Source: Octopus vulgaris (taxonomy: Eukaryota). Taken from it: DNA of 64,000 nt. A model generated the notes under the pieces. It was not told the DNA's origin, did not search any database, and saw only the letters and a program-made list of their open reading frames with translations. This document shows, in pieces, positions 1-12,800 of this stretch. Within the stretch, counting starts at the first letter, position 1. Every line of letters starts with the position of its first letter. The stretch spans positions 34,534,001 through 34,598,000 of the forward strand of contig OX597834.1 in NCBI GenBank assembly GCA_951406725.2. Reading direction: 5' to 3'. Position numbers and translations under genes: made by a program.

Positions 1-372
1 ACACTCCATCGGTTACGACAACGAGGGTTCCGGTTGATCCGATCAACGGAACAGCCTGCTCGTGAAATTAACGCGTAAGTGGCTGAGCACTCCACAGACA
101 CGTGTACCCTTAGCGTAATTCTCGGGGATATTCAGCATGACACAGAGAGTGACAAGGCCGGCCTTTTGAAATACAACAGAAACAGGAAGTAAGAGTGAGA
201 GAAAGTTGTGGTGAAAGAGTACAGCAGGGAACACCACCATCCCTGCCGGAGCCTCATGGAGCTTTAGGTGTTTTTGCTCAATAAACACTCACAACGCCCG
301 GTCTAGGAATCGAAACCGCGATCCTACGACCGCGAGTCAGCTGCCCTAACCACTGGGCCATTGCGCCTCCAC
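1..372 (-). mobile_element. Young tRNA-derived SINE (octopus OR/OK-like), 3' end truncated by the window edge
   Basis: The minus strand begins GTGGAGGCGCAATGGCCCAGTGGTTAGGGCAGC...GGTTTCGATTCC. Pol III A box at 350-360 and B box at 306-316. CpGs are intact. The body matches decayed copies at ~43205-43515, ~57877-58078 and ~25605-25700. Confidence 0.85.
306..360 (-). promoter_or_regulatory. Internal RNA Pol III type-2 promoter (A box and B box) of the SINE
   Basis: TGGCCCAGTGG (A box) and GTTTCGATTCC (B box-like) with tRNA-like spacing. Confidence 0.75.
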
Positions 373-809
373 GATAAAAAGTATTCTAGCTATGACCAAC
401 CTATAATTTTACAAACAATGTAACTAGGACCATATTATTTAATATGTTCTTTCCTTTTAAGACCACAGAACATTATTTGGAAAGTGGTTATGTCTAGATG
501 ATCAAGTGATCATATCGAGTCTCACTTGTGTTAAGATTGAAAGGAATCCACTTGGTTTAGCTGACTGCTGCCTCTCTCTATCTTTATATTCTGGCAACAA
601 AATCGGTTATATTCTATCAAAACAGAATGTATAAGATCACCTACACAGTTATCAATATATTACTGGTATCTATTTTATTATTTCCCAAGAGACAGGAAGT
701 AAAGTCAAACCCTGCAGGATTTGAAAATCAGGACATAAAAGGATGTACCTAAATATGGTCGGACATAAAATCCAATGCCCTCCTACATCACACACTCTAT
801 AACCCGTGC

Positions 810-990
810 CAATGGGTGAGCATTTATGTGGTCACTCAACCTGCTAGAAATATCAGTCAAATTTACCTCAATCACATTCCAGTCTTAAAAATGGGAAGAT
901 TGCATTAATATAGTCCAAGAAAAACCTAAAAGAAGGAATGGCCATCCATGGTCATATAGATTTTGATCACAGGTGCACCTGATATAATAA
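810..990 (-). mobile_element. Dispersed repeat family 'D' (unclassified non-autonomous element), representative copy
   Basis: The motif GGTCACTCAACCTGCTAGAAATA...GATCA recurs at ~2495-2710, 3120-3305, 6535-6730, 16005-16210, 20205-20360, 25060-25260, 33480-33905, 42200-42410, 48115-48310, 52495-52665 and 62400-62610. Confidence 0.65.
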
Positions 991-1037
991 CAAATAATAA
1001 TATATATAATAATTTTAAAAGGAAACATTTTGCTTAC

Positions 1038-1133
1038 CTATGTTGCTGCTGAAATTTCCATAATTTAGTATATACATCAAAAGTCCTACCAAAGTAGGAC
1101 TGCCATTGTTTATGGCCATACTGAGGCAAATCT
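1038..1133 (-). CDS. SCAI: Internal coding exon of protein SCAI (suppressor of cancer cell invasion)
   Basis: On the minus strand, a TTTTTCAG acceptor precedes 96 nt (phase 2-2) and a GTAAGC donor follows. It translates as (R)DLPQYGHKQWQSYFGRTFDVYTKLWKFQQQH(R), which I recognise as near-identical to the conserved N-terminal segment of metazoan SCAI. Confidence 0.93.
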
Positions 1134-1217
1134 CTGAAAAAGAAAAACAAGCAATGAAAAAATATATACACAAAAAAATAAGATAAAAGATTTCTTACAT
1201 AGCTACAAGGTCAAAGA

Positions 1218-1281
<64 letters not shown>

Positions 1282-1321
1282 GCAATAGCAATAATAATAA
1301 TAATAATGATGATGATGATGA
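1218..1321. repeat. (AAT)n/(GAT)n microsatellite
   Basis: Direct reading. It explains the poly-Leu ORF at 1211-1393. Confidence 0.95.
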
Positions 1322-1474
1322 TTTCAAAATTTGGCACAAAGCCAGCAAGTTCTGGGGAGGGAGTAAATCAATTACACTGACCCCAGTGCTCAACTGGTAC
1401 TTATTTTATTGACCCCAAAAGGATGAAAGGCAAAGTCAACCCCAGCAGATACTGAACTCAGAACGTAAAGTAAC

Positions 1475-1543
<69 letters not shown>

Positions 1544-1870
1544 TCTTTTTAATTTTGGCACAAGTCCAACAATTTTGAAGGAGAAGGTATGATGATTACA
1601 TCAACTCCTAATACTTAAGTGGTAATTTATTTTATCAACCTGAAAGGATGAAAGGTAAAGTTAACTTTGGCAACATTTGAATACAGAACATAATAATAAT
1701 GGTGATAATATTTTGAAGGAAAGGGGTTAGTCAATACCATCAACCTCAGTACTAGACTGGTACTTAATTTTATCGACCCTGGAGAGAGGAAAGACGAAAT
1801 TTATCTCAGTGGGATTTAAACTAAGAGTATAAAGAACTGGAAGAAGTATTGAAAAGAATTTTGTCCAATA
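1322..1870 (-). mobile_element. Three tandem partial copies of SINE family 'B' separated by (AAT)n tails
   Basis: Repeated TTTCAAAATTTTGGCACAA...CAACTGGTACTTATTTTATTGACCCC...GGATGAAAGGCAAAGTCAAC...GAACTCAGAACGTAAAG motif. Confidence 0.8.
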
Positions 1871-2214
1871 TATAAAAAAGTGAAGTTTATAGTCTGAAAA
1901 ATTGGTTGCTTGCAAAATTAATGTGTTATATGAAATATATGTGACCTAAACAATGATTCCCAAACCAACCCTCACCCAAACATAAGTGAGAGTTTTGTTC
2001 CGATGATTTAATTAATGAGAAGACAAAACAGAGTTTGCAGTTGAATAATTCTTTCATCACCTAGGTAGATATTGGATGAGTTTTTTTTGTTTTTTTAAAT
2101 CTCATTTTATTAAACATGGCAGTTTGTCTCCTCCTTTTTGATCCTCACAGCTCCCTGCCTCCACTCCTGCAAACCTCTCCAACAGTGGTAGCAATAGTAA
2201 TTGAATGTTAAAAT

Positions 2215-2465
2215 CAGTGGTTCTCAACTAGGACCCACATGACCCTTAGGGGTTCATATAAGATTTTATTGCTGAAGTTTATATGCAATAAACTGGTTAT
2301 ACTTCAACAATACATGAAATATATTAACAACTTTTCTTATATAATTCCTAATAATATTTAATTATAAAAATATAATGGGGTTTTTAGAAACATCAAATGG
2401 TAATGGGGTCCAGTAGAGTAAAATAGGAATCAAAGAGGTCTATAAGCAAAAAACCAGGACCACTG
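2215..2465. mobile_element. hAT (Charlie-like) MITE with exact 8-bp TSD
   Basis: Begins CAGTGGTTCTCAAC and ends GGACCACTG. Flanked on both sides by GTTAAAAT (2207-2214 and 2466-2473). Confidence 0.85.
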
Positions 2466-5017
2466 GTTAAAATGAAGTTGCTGCTCCTGGTGTCATTGTT
2501 TAGCTCTAGGTCAGTCTTGAGTGAGTGGAGCCATGATCGAAGGTGTTCCACTTGAGATTATCCTGTCTTTTCAACTGTCACAGTATTTGTGGGACTACAT
2601 CATCCAATGTCTCCCTTTTCTTAAAAAACAGCAGAGTGTGATTTGAATAGCCTGTTGTTTGGCTGCTAATTCTAGCAGATCCAGCAACTATGTCAAGGTT
2701 CCTTTGCCATCTTCTTAAACTGAAGCTTATATCAGTCATGATGGTGGTGGCGGTGGTGGCATCAACAGCAGCAGTAGTGGTAGCAAAGATGATAACAATG
2801 ATGGTGGTAATGCTAATGATGATGATAATGAAAATTCGGAAAGTAAAAAAAATTGGTTAAAATTAATTTGCTATTATATAATTTATTATTGTTGATTTTT
2901 AATCATCTAATCAAAATAGCCGTAGATTAGGAATAATAAATGTATAAATTACATGCAACTTAAGAGTTCCAAACCTCCAAATCAATTTCCATCCAATTAG
3001 AGAATAACTGTTATAAAATTAATTTGGAAATTTCTGAGAAATAATGAAAACTAGAATATTAACATTGGTAAACCTTCTGTGACACTGAATTACATTATTG
3101 GTAATAGATGTTGGCTGTTATTGTTGTTTAGCCCCAGGTTAGTGCTGTTTAAGTGGAAGTTTCAACAAAAGCATTCTAGCTGTAGCCATCCCATTTTTGT
3201 TTGTATATCTAGGGCCACAATTTTGAGATGGGAGGGGTGTGATTTGATGGAATTTAGCTGTTGTTTCTTCAGGTTAAGTGACCACATTTAAGCAACCCTT
3301 TTTCGGTTCAAAATGCTGGCTGTTATTTAGTAGTGTTGTAGTGGTAGACGTAGTAATAGTATTTGTTGTTTGATCCCAGGTCAACTGCAACTGAGCAAAC
3401 CTGTAATCAAATACATTTATTGATCCCAAAAGGATGAAATACAAAGTTGATCATAAAAGGATTTGATCTCAGAGCATAGAGATTCAGAACAAATACCACA
3501 AGGCATTCAATCCAACACTCTAACAACTGTGCCAATTCATATGTAACAAAGCAAGACCTTCAAGTTACAAATATGATGGGATTCCAAACAGTTTCTGTCA
3601 ACCCAATTTCACCCATTAAGCTTGAGGGAATCCAAGGCTACAGTAAAAGGAACTTGCCCAAAGGCCACACAATGGGACTGAACTCAGGACATTATGATTG
3701 CGCAGAAGCTGTTTAACCATTTGGCTATGAATCTTGACTAATATACCTCAAATATACACAAACCAGAGTCCAAGGAAACTGGTGATGGTCTGAATCAACA
3801 AAGCATTATTTAGAGAAAGAAAATTTGCTTAAGTTCAGATGCCATATAGGAGGGATCAAATATCCTAACATATCAACCAAAACACTTCATCACAGAATGA
3901 AAAACAGTTTTCTCTCTCCAATGAATGGCTTTCATTGAAAGATCAGGATTCTCTTCTCATCTCTCTATACAAACATATCCAATGGAGGCCCTGCAAAAGG
4001 TCATAAGCACTAACCCTAACCCTCCCTTCCTGACTAAAAGATTAAAAAGAAAAGCAATAAACATCAACATCCATACCCATCAATTATGCAATGCCTCTGC
4101 TACTTACAGCTGTGAAGAGTGTACCTCAGCATGGAACCTATTATTAGAACAATTTTTTATTTATGCAGCTTTTTTTATTTATTTGCCAAAAACAGGGGGA
4201 ACATCAGCAACAATCAGTTGATTCACTGGCCAATAAACTGGCATCTTAAGATAAAGATGAATCAAAAAACAAAAAACAACTTGCAAGCAGTTTGTCATTT
4301 ACTCTAGTGTAATCACTATTAAATCCCCAAAAGCCAAAAGAAGCCATACAAAAGGTAGATGAGCAAAACTGTACTCAAAAGGTACATTAACAGATTTTTA
4401 CCTGGCTTTAGAAAAGTAAACAAAGAGGGAAATAAATGCAATAATCAAATTTTATATTTTTTCTTTTTATATTTTAATGAGTGTTTCAAAAATCTCTCTA
4501 TCTCATATACCTTAAATCTGTTTATTTCACCACCACCACCACCATTTCTCTCTCTCTCTTTATATATATACTGTAAATCAATTTCCCCTAACATACCTTA
4601 AATCTCTCTTTCTCCCCCCCCCCTTCTTTCTTTCTCTCCCTCATTCTGATCCCGCAAACTGAAGCAATAATTTTCAACAAAAACAAAACAAAAATAAATT
4701 TAAAAACCCCTTTAATGATACTTTTATTTAATATGCACACCAAAACTGATTTTTTAATTTATTTAAAAAAAAAAAAATTTCTTAAAAATTAAATTTTAAA
4801 AAATAAGAATCAAGAATTTTAGAAAAACAAAAGGAAAAATAAAAGGAATGAAATGCAAAAAATTGTTTAAATTTCATTGAACTCTGGAATAAAATAATTC
4901 CAAGCAATAGTGTCTGAAATCAATAGAAAACTACAAAGATTTACAAGTGAAAAATGATAAAGAGCACAGCAACAGCATACTAATGATGTTAATATGACTA
5001 AGGTTGTAGTGCAGTCG

Positions 5018-5125
5018 TGGTGATGGTGGTAGTGGTGAGAGAGAGAGAGAGAGAGAGAGAAACTGAAAGAGAGAAAGGGATGTAAGGATGATATAATTAG
5101 AGTCCTCTTTTGGTGATGGTGGTAG

Positions 5126-5160
<35 letters not shown>

Positions 5161-5207
5161 TGAAAGAGAGAAAGGGATGTAAGGATGATATAATTAGAGT
5201 CCTCTTT
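5018..5207. repeat. Tandem duplication of a 93/97-bp unit
   Basis: Units 5018-5110 and 5111-5207 are identical except for (GA)n length, with TGGT microhomology at the junctions. Confidence 0.9.
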
Positions 5208-5484
5208 TGGTATATGTTAAATGAGATATATATGCATATGCATACACTCAAATACAAGGACAAATACATGCACTCACACAAACGTGGCCATGCATGCATA
5301 TACACATATATACACATATATATTTACATGCACACATGCACAGACGTAAGCATGCAGATACACGTATATACACATATATAGTAATGCATATTCACATTTA
5401 TATATATTTATATATATATATACATATATGTACACAAATCCATACACATATTACAGAGAAACATGCACACATAGAAACATATAT

Positions 5485-5870
5485 TCTTTTATTCTTTTAT
5501 TTGTTTCAGTCATTTGACTGTGGCCATGCTAGAGTACTACCTTTAATCAAACAAACTGACCCCAGGACTTGCCTGGTACTTATTTTATTGGTCTCTTTTG
5601 CCAAACTGCTCAGCTATGGGGACGTAAACACACCAACATCAGTTGTCAAGTAATGGTGAGAGGACAAACACAGACACACAAACACACACACACACATATA
5701 TATATATATACGATGGGCTTCTTTTAGTTTCCATCTACCAAATCCATTCACAAGGCTTTGATCAGCCTGAGGCTATAGAAGAAACCACTTGCCCAAAGTG
5801 CCACGCAGTAAGACTGAACCTGGAACCATGTGGTTGGGAAGCAAGCTTCTTACCACACAGACACACCTAT
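5485..5870 (-). mobile_element. SINE family 'C' with internal (CA)/(TA) microsatellite
   Basis: Minus head GTGTGGTAAGAAGCTTGCTTCCCAACCACATGGTTCCAGGTTCAGTC. Homologous copies lie at ~3585-3730, 13187-13345, 34680-35050, 37850-38203, 52675-53015 and 56030-56300. Confidence 0.8.
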
Positions 5871-5894
5871 GTATATACAATCTTAAGTACACAC

Positions 5895-5926
<32 letters not shown>

Positions 5927-6024
5927 CAGTTGAAGACACAAGCTATGTCATCACAAAGATGACAACAAATACATGTGAAGTATAAGGATAAGATTATAAA
6001 TATCTGCCAAAATGTAGCATTGGT

Positions 6025-6255
6025 TTCAAATTTTGGTATAATGTCAGGATTACATTCAAAGTAGACATGTTTGTGGAGTACGCAGTCTTTTGTGAGCAGA
6101 TAATTCAGCATTCAACTGGTACTTATTTTATTAACCCCCATAAAGATGAAAGGTAAAGTTGGCCTCAGCAGAATTTGAACTCAGAACGTAAAGATGGATG
6201 AAATGTCGCTAAGCATTTTGCCCAATGTGCTAAGGATTCTGCTAGCTCTCCACCT
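6025..6255 (-). mobile_element. SINE family 'B', near full length
   Basis: Minus head GGTGGAGAGCTAGCAGAATCCTTAGCAC...TTTACGTTCTGAGTTCAAATTCTGC with a B-box-like GTTCAAATTC. Confidence 0.8.
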
Positions 6256-6405
6256 TTGTGAACATGTAAACTTGGAGAGTGATGATAGTGATGGTAGTGG
6301 CATAAGTGGGGATGATGATGACGGTGTTCATGGTGCAGGTGGTGGTGCATGCATGTGCATAGTTAATTTTTCATTAATGAATACCACATGGTCATCATGT
6401 ATATG

Positions 6406-6517
6406 ACCAGTATTTCATGGTTATACTGAATTCACCAGTACCTTGTGGTTATATTGTACTAACCAGTACTCCATGGTTATACTGTATTGACCACTACCTC
6501 ATAGCTATAATGTATTC
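6406..6517. repeat. 28-bp minisatellite, 4 diverged units
   Basis: Consensus approximately ACCAGTACTYCATGGTTATACTGTATTC. Confidence 0.8.
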
Positions 6518-8498
6518 ATTTTGAATCAATAATAAAGCCTCTAGGGAGTCAATGGACTTGATAGAAACAGCAACCAGGTTTTTCTTAAATCATCTCCAAC
6601 CATCTTGAATCAAGAATATAGTGGATAATATAGTCCCAGATATGCAAGAATACAATATGATCATGGCAAAAATGCTTTTGATCATAAGTTAGCTTGACCA
6701 AGTCTGACCTAGGGTTAATCAACAACAACTATTACTATATATAATCATGTTTTTGTGAAAATAAGTGAAATAACTGAAAATAATATTTATAGTACAACTT
6801 AATGAAAACTGATAGACAAATTTAACACTTAAATTGTATTCTTTTTTAGTGTTTGTTAATATGTCAAGTTGTCTATTTGTGCCACTGTCTGTGTGTGTTT
6901 ATGTATGCCAGTCAATGTACATGTATGTCCGTATGTGCATGTTAACCACTGTGTGCTGTTTGTGTGAATCAGTGTGTGTGTGTTTGTTGGCATACCTCAG
7001 TCAGCTAATCTATTTACCTCTGTGTCTGTCATCCATCTATTTGTCCATATGTCTCAATTTACACTATGTCTTTTTGTATATCAGTATAGATATCTACATA
7101 TCTACCTGAATATTTATCTATCAAGATGTCTATGTCTGTCTGTTCGTTTCTATCAGCCCAAGTTTATCTGAGTTTATTTGAGTCTATATTCTTACTATAA
7201 GAGATTAGGCCAACATCTAATGACTAGCCGTAAAAATAAGGAACAACAGATCCATAAAAGTAAACTATTTGTAAAGGTAAATAATTGAAGATTAAAAGTG
7301 GGGCTTCCAAAGCAGGGCCCAAGAAGTGTGAACCTAGAAAGAGAAATCAAAAACAAGGCTTAAAAGCATAAAGGCAGTACTTAAAGTGGGGCTTAAAGAT
7401 AGGGCTCAAAATTAGGTTATAAAGCAAAAAAAGTTCCTTCAGATTATGAAAATGGCAAACGACTATGACTACATGATGAATAAAATAGACACAAACTGTT
7501 CGAATAACAAGTCAAATTGGTAGCGAATAACTACAAAGCAACAGATACTGTGCATAATGATTACAGCAATAAATTATAACAGAACTATAATTTACCCAAC
7601 ATAAACAGCGTTCAGTAAATTAACAAGGAAACCCATATATAAAAACACCCAAATGGTGTTTATGTTATAAAGATTATAATTATGTCTTGCGTTAAGAAAA
7701 GATTCATTAGTAGAAATAGCAGAAGAAATCGGACATGATATAACTGCCTGCTGGAAAGACATATTCTTCACACAATCAGCTATTGCCATAACTAAAAGTG
7801 TAAATCTACTATTAGCATTATAATGCTGCTAGAATTGAAATAGAGACATATTTGAACTTGGCCAGAAAGCTATCTGTCTATCTACTTCTCTATCTGCTCA
7901 GATATAGCTTTCAAATGCAATTTGAGTATCATATTTTATAACAAAGGGTTTCTATAAATATTCTTGAATTTTTTCAACTTATGAGTAGATAGCAGAATTG
8001 ATAAAGTGGAGAAGATACTTTGTAGAATTTTGGGTATGTCCTGTTACATTCTATTTAAAGTTATCTCTGGAGATGTTCTTTAGAAATTAGTGCCAACACT
8101 GATTTGTCAAGACATTTCATTTATGAATACGTCTATTTAAACAATGCAACTGAAGCTAGAAAAATAGGTAACGTCATAACAAATCAATTCTGGCTCTAAC
8201 TTCTATAGAATATCTGTAGAGTTAACTTTAAAAAATAAATTAATAATACTGCTAACACACGTGAGGCACTGTATTGACTTATAAAGCCTTTAATACACTT
8301 GGTAGTATATTATGGTTGCATAACAAAATACAGTGTCTCTACCAGCAATTAATGTGTCACATTCTATGTTCAAATCCCAACCAGATTGATTTTGTTTATC
8401 ATCACTGAAGTTGATGAAATAAAGTAGTGTATATACAGTCCTCAAGAAGTGCTCCAGAATGATACAGTCCAATGGCTGGAACTAGTACAAGAATAAAA

Positions 8499-8564
<66 letters not shown>

Positions 8565-9949
8565 ATCCAGAAAAATAGCCACGGCCTGACCAAGTGGTTA
8601 ACAAGTGGGTAAGAAGTCTGCTTCACAATCACAAGGTTGAATGTTCAATCCTATTCTCTGGGGTTGATCCATGCTTTGAAAGTGAAATTGGTCAGATTGA
8701 AACTTTGTGCAAGTCTGTTGAATGGATTGTACTTGTAATTTAACAATCCAGCTTTGTCATACACAGCATTACACTGATTCTACCTGAAGATTATGTTAAG
8801 TATAGGAATGTCTGTGGAATACTCAATCTTTTGTGAGCAGATAATCCATTTGATCTAGCAACTGGCACACTCATTGTGGAAACTGATAGAGATCCATCTA
8901 CTATTTGCATTCAGAATGGGGATATTTTTCATTTTAAGGATGAAGTGTTGAAAAAAAAAGTTGCAGTAAGACAGAGAGAGGGTTTAGTTTCAGGTTGAAG
9001 TATGGTGTTGGGAGTTTATTTCTGCAGGAGGTGAAGGAAGAGGCAGATAGTGAACAATGTAGTAATTGGATAGATCAAGACTGAAGGAGATAGAGAGAGA
9101 GTGAGAAGCAGAGAGAGAAAAAGTAAGTAAAAACAGATAGACTAGAAGTCAGAGGAGGAACAGACATACGAAGAGAAAAGGTATGAGAGAGAGGGAGTTG
9201 ACAGTGAAGATAAGAAATGAATGATTGTCAAGTATAAAGTGAGAAGGATTTGTGTGTGTGATTACACACAAATACACACACACACACACACGTCCTTAAT
9301 ATATTTATTCAGGTCTGTAAACGTAAGTCCTACTGCAAAGTGTTTCTCCAAACACAGCCATGACTGCAAGAGGTTCTTTACATCTGGAAGCTTTATTCAA
9401 TTGAATAACTGAGCTTCTTTCATCAAACTGGTAACCACGTTAAATAGCACTGATCACCTGACCATTGGACTGAGTCACATGATATACCAAGTATGTAAAT
9501 CATGTGAAGCATGCAATGCTGCTGTACAAATGTTATATTCTTTTCCCATTTGTTTTATATACTGCATTCACACTAAGGACTATATTTGATCGTTAGCGTA
9601 CCTTTGTTTATTCTTGTAAATCTTTGTAAGCTTTACCACAGCATAGGTGATTACTGGTCAGGTTTGCTGACTTGCAACACTTTGATACTGTCATCAACAC
9701 TCTCATCGCTTGATTCATTCCTGAAGCTAAATTCAAGTTCTAGCTTTCAATAAGGATCCATATATTATAAGGGCCTCTTGCACTTTCCCAAGGTTTGATA
9801 TCAGATATGGTCACATGAATGCTTTTAACCCATCAACATGATACATAATCAAATCAATCTAACCTTTCTCTTATTCACTACAAACTGAATCAAATTAAAA
9901 TTTGGCTGGTATTTTTCTGGTTGTCAATTTTTCAAGAGAATGCATTCAC

Positions 9950-11492
9950 CCACTCAACATCCAAGTACTTAGTATTTTGATGAGGAAAATATTTCATATT
10001 AGATTTTGCTCTATTGTCTTTACCTCTATTATCTATTACCTTTTTCTGTTCTTTGCTTTGTTTTGTTTTTTTCCTGCTACAGGAATTTCAAAATGTAGAA
10101 GTTCTGTAAGAGGCAATTTCATAGTCAAAGAAATTGTTATTTTTGTTGATAAACAAACAATGAAGACTTCCAAGTTTCTTCCTTCCACTGTCTGTCTTTT
10201 GAATTGGTGACTTCATTACTTTGCAATGGTTCTACCAAACTTTTCTACTGAGTAATTGCTTGGGGATGTAATTCTTGGAAGTGAAATTCTTCAATGTTTT
10301 ATACATCATTATTCTAAATATACTTCACAGTTTATAAATTGTAGACCACTATCATAAATGATACTTTTTTTAGAATTCCCCACAATGTGAAAAGCAATTC
10401 TATACAACTGATCCAATTATGAGTTCCAGTTGGTTTCATGACAAATATCTCAAGCCAGCATGACATACTACATTTAGAATAACTAAATGTGATTTTCTGA
10501 TGGGTAGCAGACTTTTGAAATCCACATGCAGTTTCTCCCATATATTTGGAATTATAGATATTATTAAGGATTTTAACAGCTCAGACAGTTCAAGCGATAT
10601 ACATATCAAACAATTTTTTACTTTATCTTTGTCAATACTAGCCCAGCACACTTTACTTCTTGGAAGTTGCTTTTTTTAAACATGACATTCCTGGGCAATA
10701 TCTAATACTTTTGTTCTTAACACAAAAGAAATGATGATTCGATTTCTTTGAAGAATGATATCTGATTTCTCTATAAGCTCTTGTTTTATAGGCAAATAAA
10801 TACTAGTAGCTGGATTTTTTCCATTCACCAGTTCACAGTACTTCTATTGCTTGGATAGTTGAGTTTTCCTTTCAAAGTTTTAGTAAGATAGATAAAGTTA
10901 CTATAGCTTTAGAAATTACATTTGCAATATGTTAGATTGTGGGTGCTCTTTATTAACTGAAGTTAGTATCACAGGACATCAATCTAAGTTTTCAGCAAAG
11001 TATTCGTGACAAAGGCTTTGCTTTTATATCAAATAGTCGTTGATGGTCACTAAAAATGTTGAACAGTCTTCCATACAGATAAATGTGGAATTTTCACATA
11101 TCCATACCACAAAAGGTCTTCTTTTTCAGTTTTATAACACCAGTGTTTGATTTTTGAAAGTACTTTGGAAGCATAGGAAATAACATGATATTCACCTCTT
11201 GGAATCATGCACCGATATGGTGTCCCAACTCAACAGAACTGGTATTAAAGTGTGATAATATTGTAGATGTTATGCAGTGATTTTAAATCCTGAAATTTTA
11301 AAACTTGTCTATTACTCCAATGATTTCCCACCCACCCCAATATAATCTGCTGAAAGAAATAAATGTTATATGATGCATTGATGGATCTAATCCTACTTGA
11401 TGATAGCCGGAATTAAGATCCAGTTTTAAAAGGAAGCATGATCCATTTAAATTTTCCAATACCTCATCAATGGTAAGTAGTGAATATTGCAT
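9950..11492 (-). mobile_element. Decayed Ty3/Gypsy LTR-retrotransposon pol (RT N-terminus, RNase H, integrase)
   Basis: Minus-strand remnants occur in Gypsy order: TIDEVLENLNGSCFLLKLDLNSGYHQ (RT), HVISYASKVL...FHIYLYG...SDHQ (RNase H), CWASIDKD..NCLIC (integrase Zn-binding) and WEKLHVDF / PQA..VEKFGRTI (integrase core). There are many stops and frameshifts. Confidence 0.85.
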
Positions 11493-12130
11493 CTTTTAGA
11501 AATACAATTTATTCACAAAAATTAATCATGAATTTGAAAGAAGAAATTGACAATGATGATGATGGTGGTCGCAGAAAATACACTATTGATAATAACTATG
11601 AAGATGAAAATGATGACTATGATAATGCTGACAGGTAGTGCTGACAATAATGACTATTATGATTAATGATGACTATAATGCTTCTGACACTGATACTGCT
11701 TCCAGTGATATGAAGACTTCATCTATGACAATGATGATGCTTCATTGATCAAAAGAGATGAAAAAGAAAATGAAGAGAGAGTACAACAACTTTTAGCAAT
11801 ATTCCTCAAAATGCCATAAAAGAGTCACACTAATGTTAACATCAACATCATCATCACCATCACAATCATGATGCTGCTACTGCTGCTCAGTTGTGATAGT
11901 TGTGAAAGTGACAACAGGAACGGTGTATGTTGTAAGCTGTATATAATAAGACTAAACCTAGAGCAACAATGTTTATACAATCAATATAGAACTGCTAAAC
12001 TCACTGATTGCCACTTCTTTTTACAGGTCTTTACGATAAATAACAACACAACATTGCTCTGTTTAATCTGCTCGTAATATTTTTTTCTTAATTTTGCAGT
12101 CACCCTCTCCCCCTTCTCCTCCCTCCTCTT

Positions 12131-12165
<35 letters not shown>

Positions 12166-12439
12166 GAGTCACACATATTGATATCTTCTGCTACTACCCA
12201 ACAGCAATGCCTCTCTATCTTTCTATCTTTCGCTTTCTCTCACACACACATACTTGCGCACTTTAAAATATTCCTCTACTACTACTACCCAATAGCAATT
12301 TCTCTCTCTTTCTCCCTCTATCTCTCTCTCTCTCTCACACACACACACACCTTCCTCTGCTACTACCCAACAGTAATTTCCTTATCTCTCCAAGTATCTA
12401 TCTTTCTAATCTTTACAGCTATTTCTCTCCATCTAATCT

Positions 12440-12622
12440 TTACAACCATCTATCTATCAATCTATCTCATCTTTCCATCTATCTGTCTATGTAATCTTTA
12501 TATCTGTCTAATCTTTCCCTCTGATCTATCTATCTATCTCATCTTTCCATCTATTTGTCTACGTAATCGTTATATCTGTCTAATCTTTCCCTCTGATCTA
12601 TCTATCTATCTATCTATCTATC

Positions 12623-12660
<38 letters not shown>

Positions 12661-12800
12661 CATCTATCTATCTACTATTCTATCTAATCTGCATATCTAT
12701 CTAGTCTTTATATCTATCTAGCCTATCTAATCTTTATATCTACCTACCTAATCTTTATATCTACCTACCTATCTAATCTTTCTGTCTCTCTTCATCTATC
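12440..12800. repeat. (TATC)n-derived complex repeat with an internal duplicated unit
   Basis: Direct reading. Confidence 0.85.

Noticed and set aside
300-372. tRNA gene
   Set aside because: The tRNA-like head continues into a SINE body found in several copies, and there is no proper acceptor stem or terminator.
4011-4022. Interstitial telomeric repeat
   Set aside because: Only two TAACCC units; expected by chance.
6406-6517. CRISPR-like 28-bp repeats
   Set aside because: Head-to-tail units without spacers in eukaryotic DNA; a minisatellite.
12094-12687. 197-aa ORF
   Set aside because: Made of (CT)n/(CA)n/(TATC)n repeats; low complexity.
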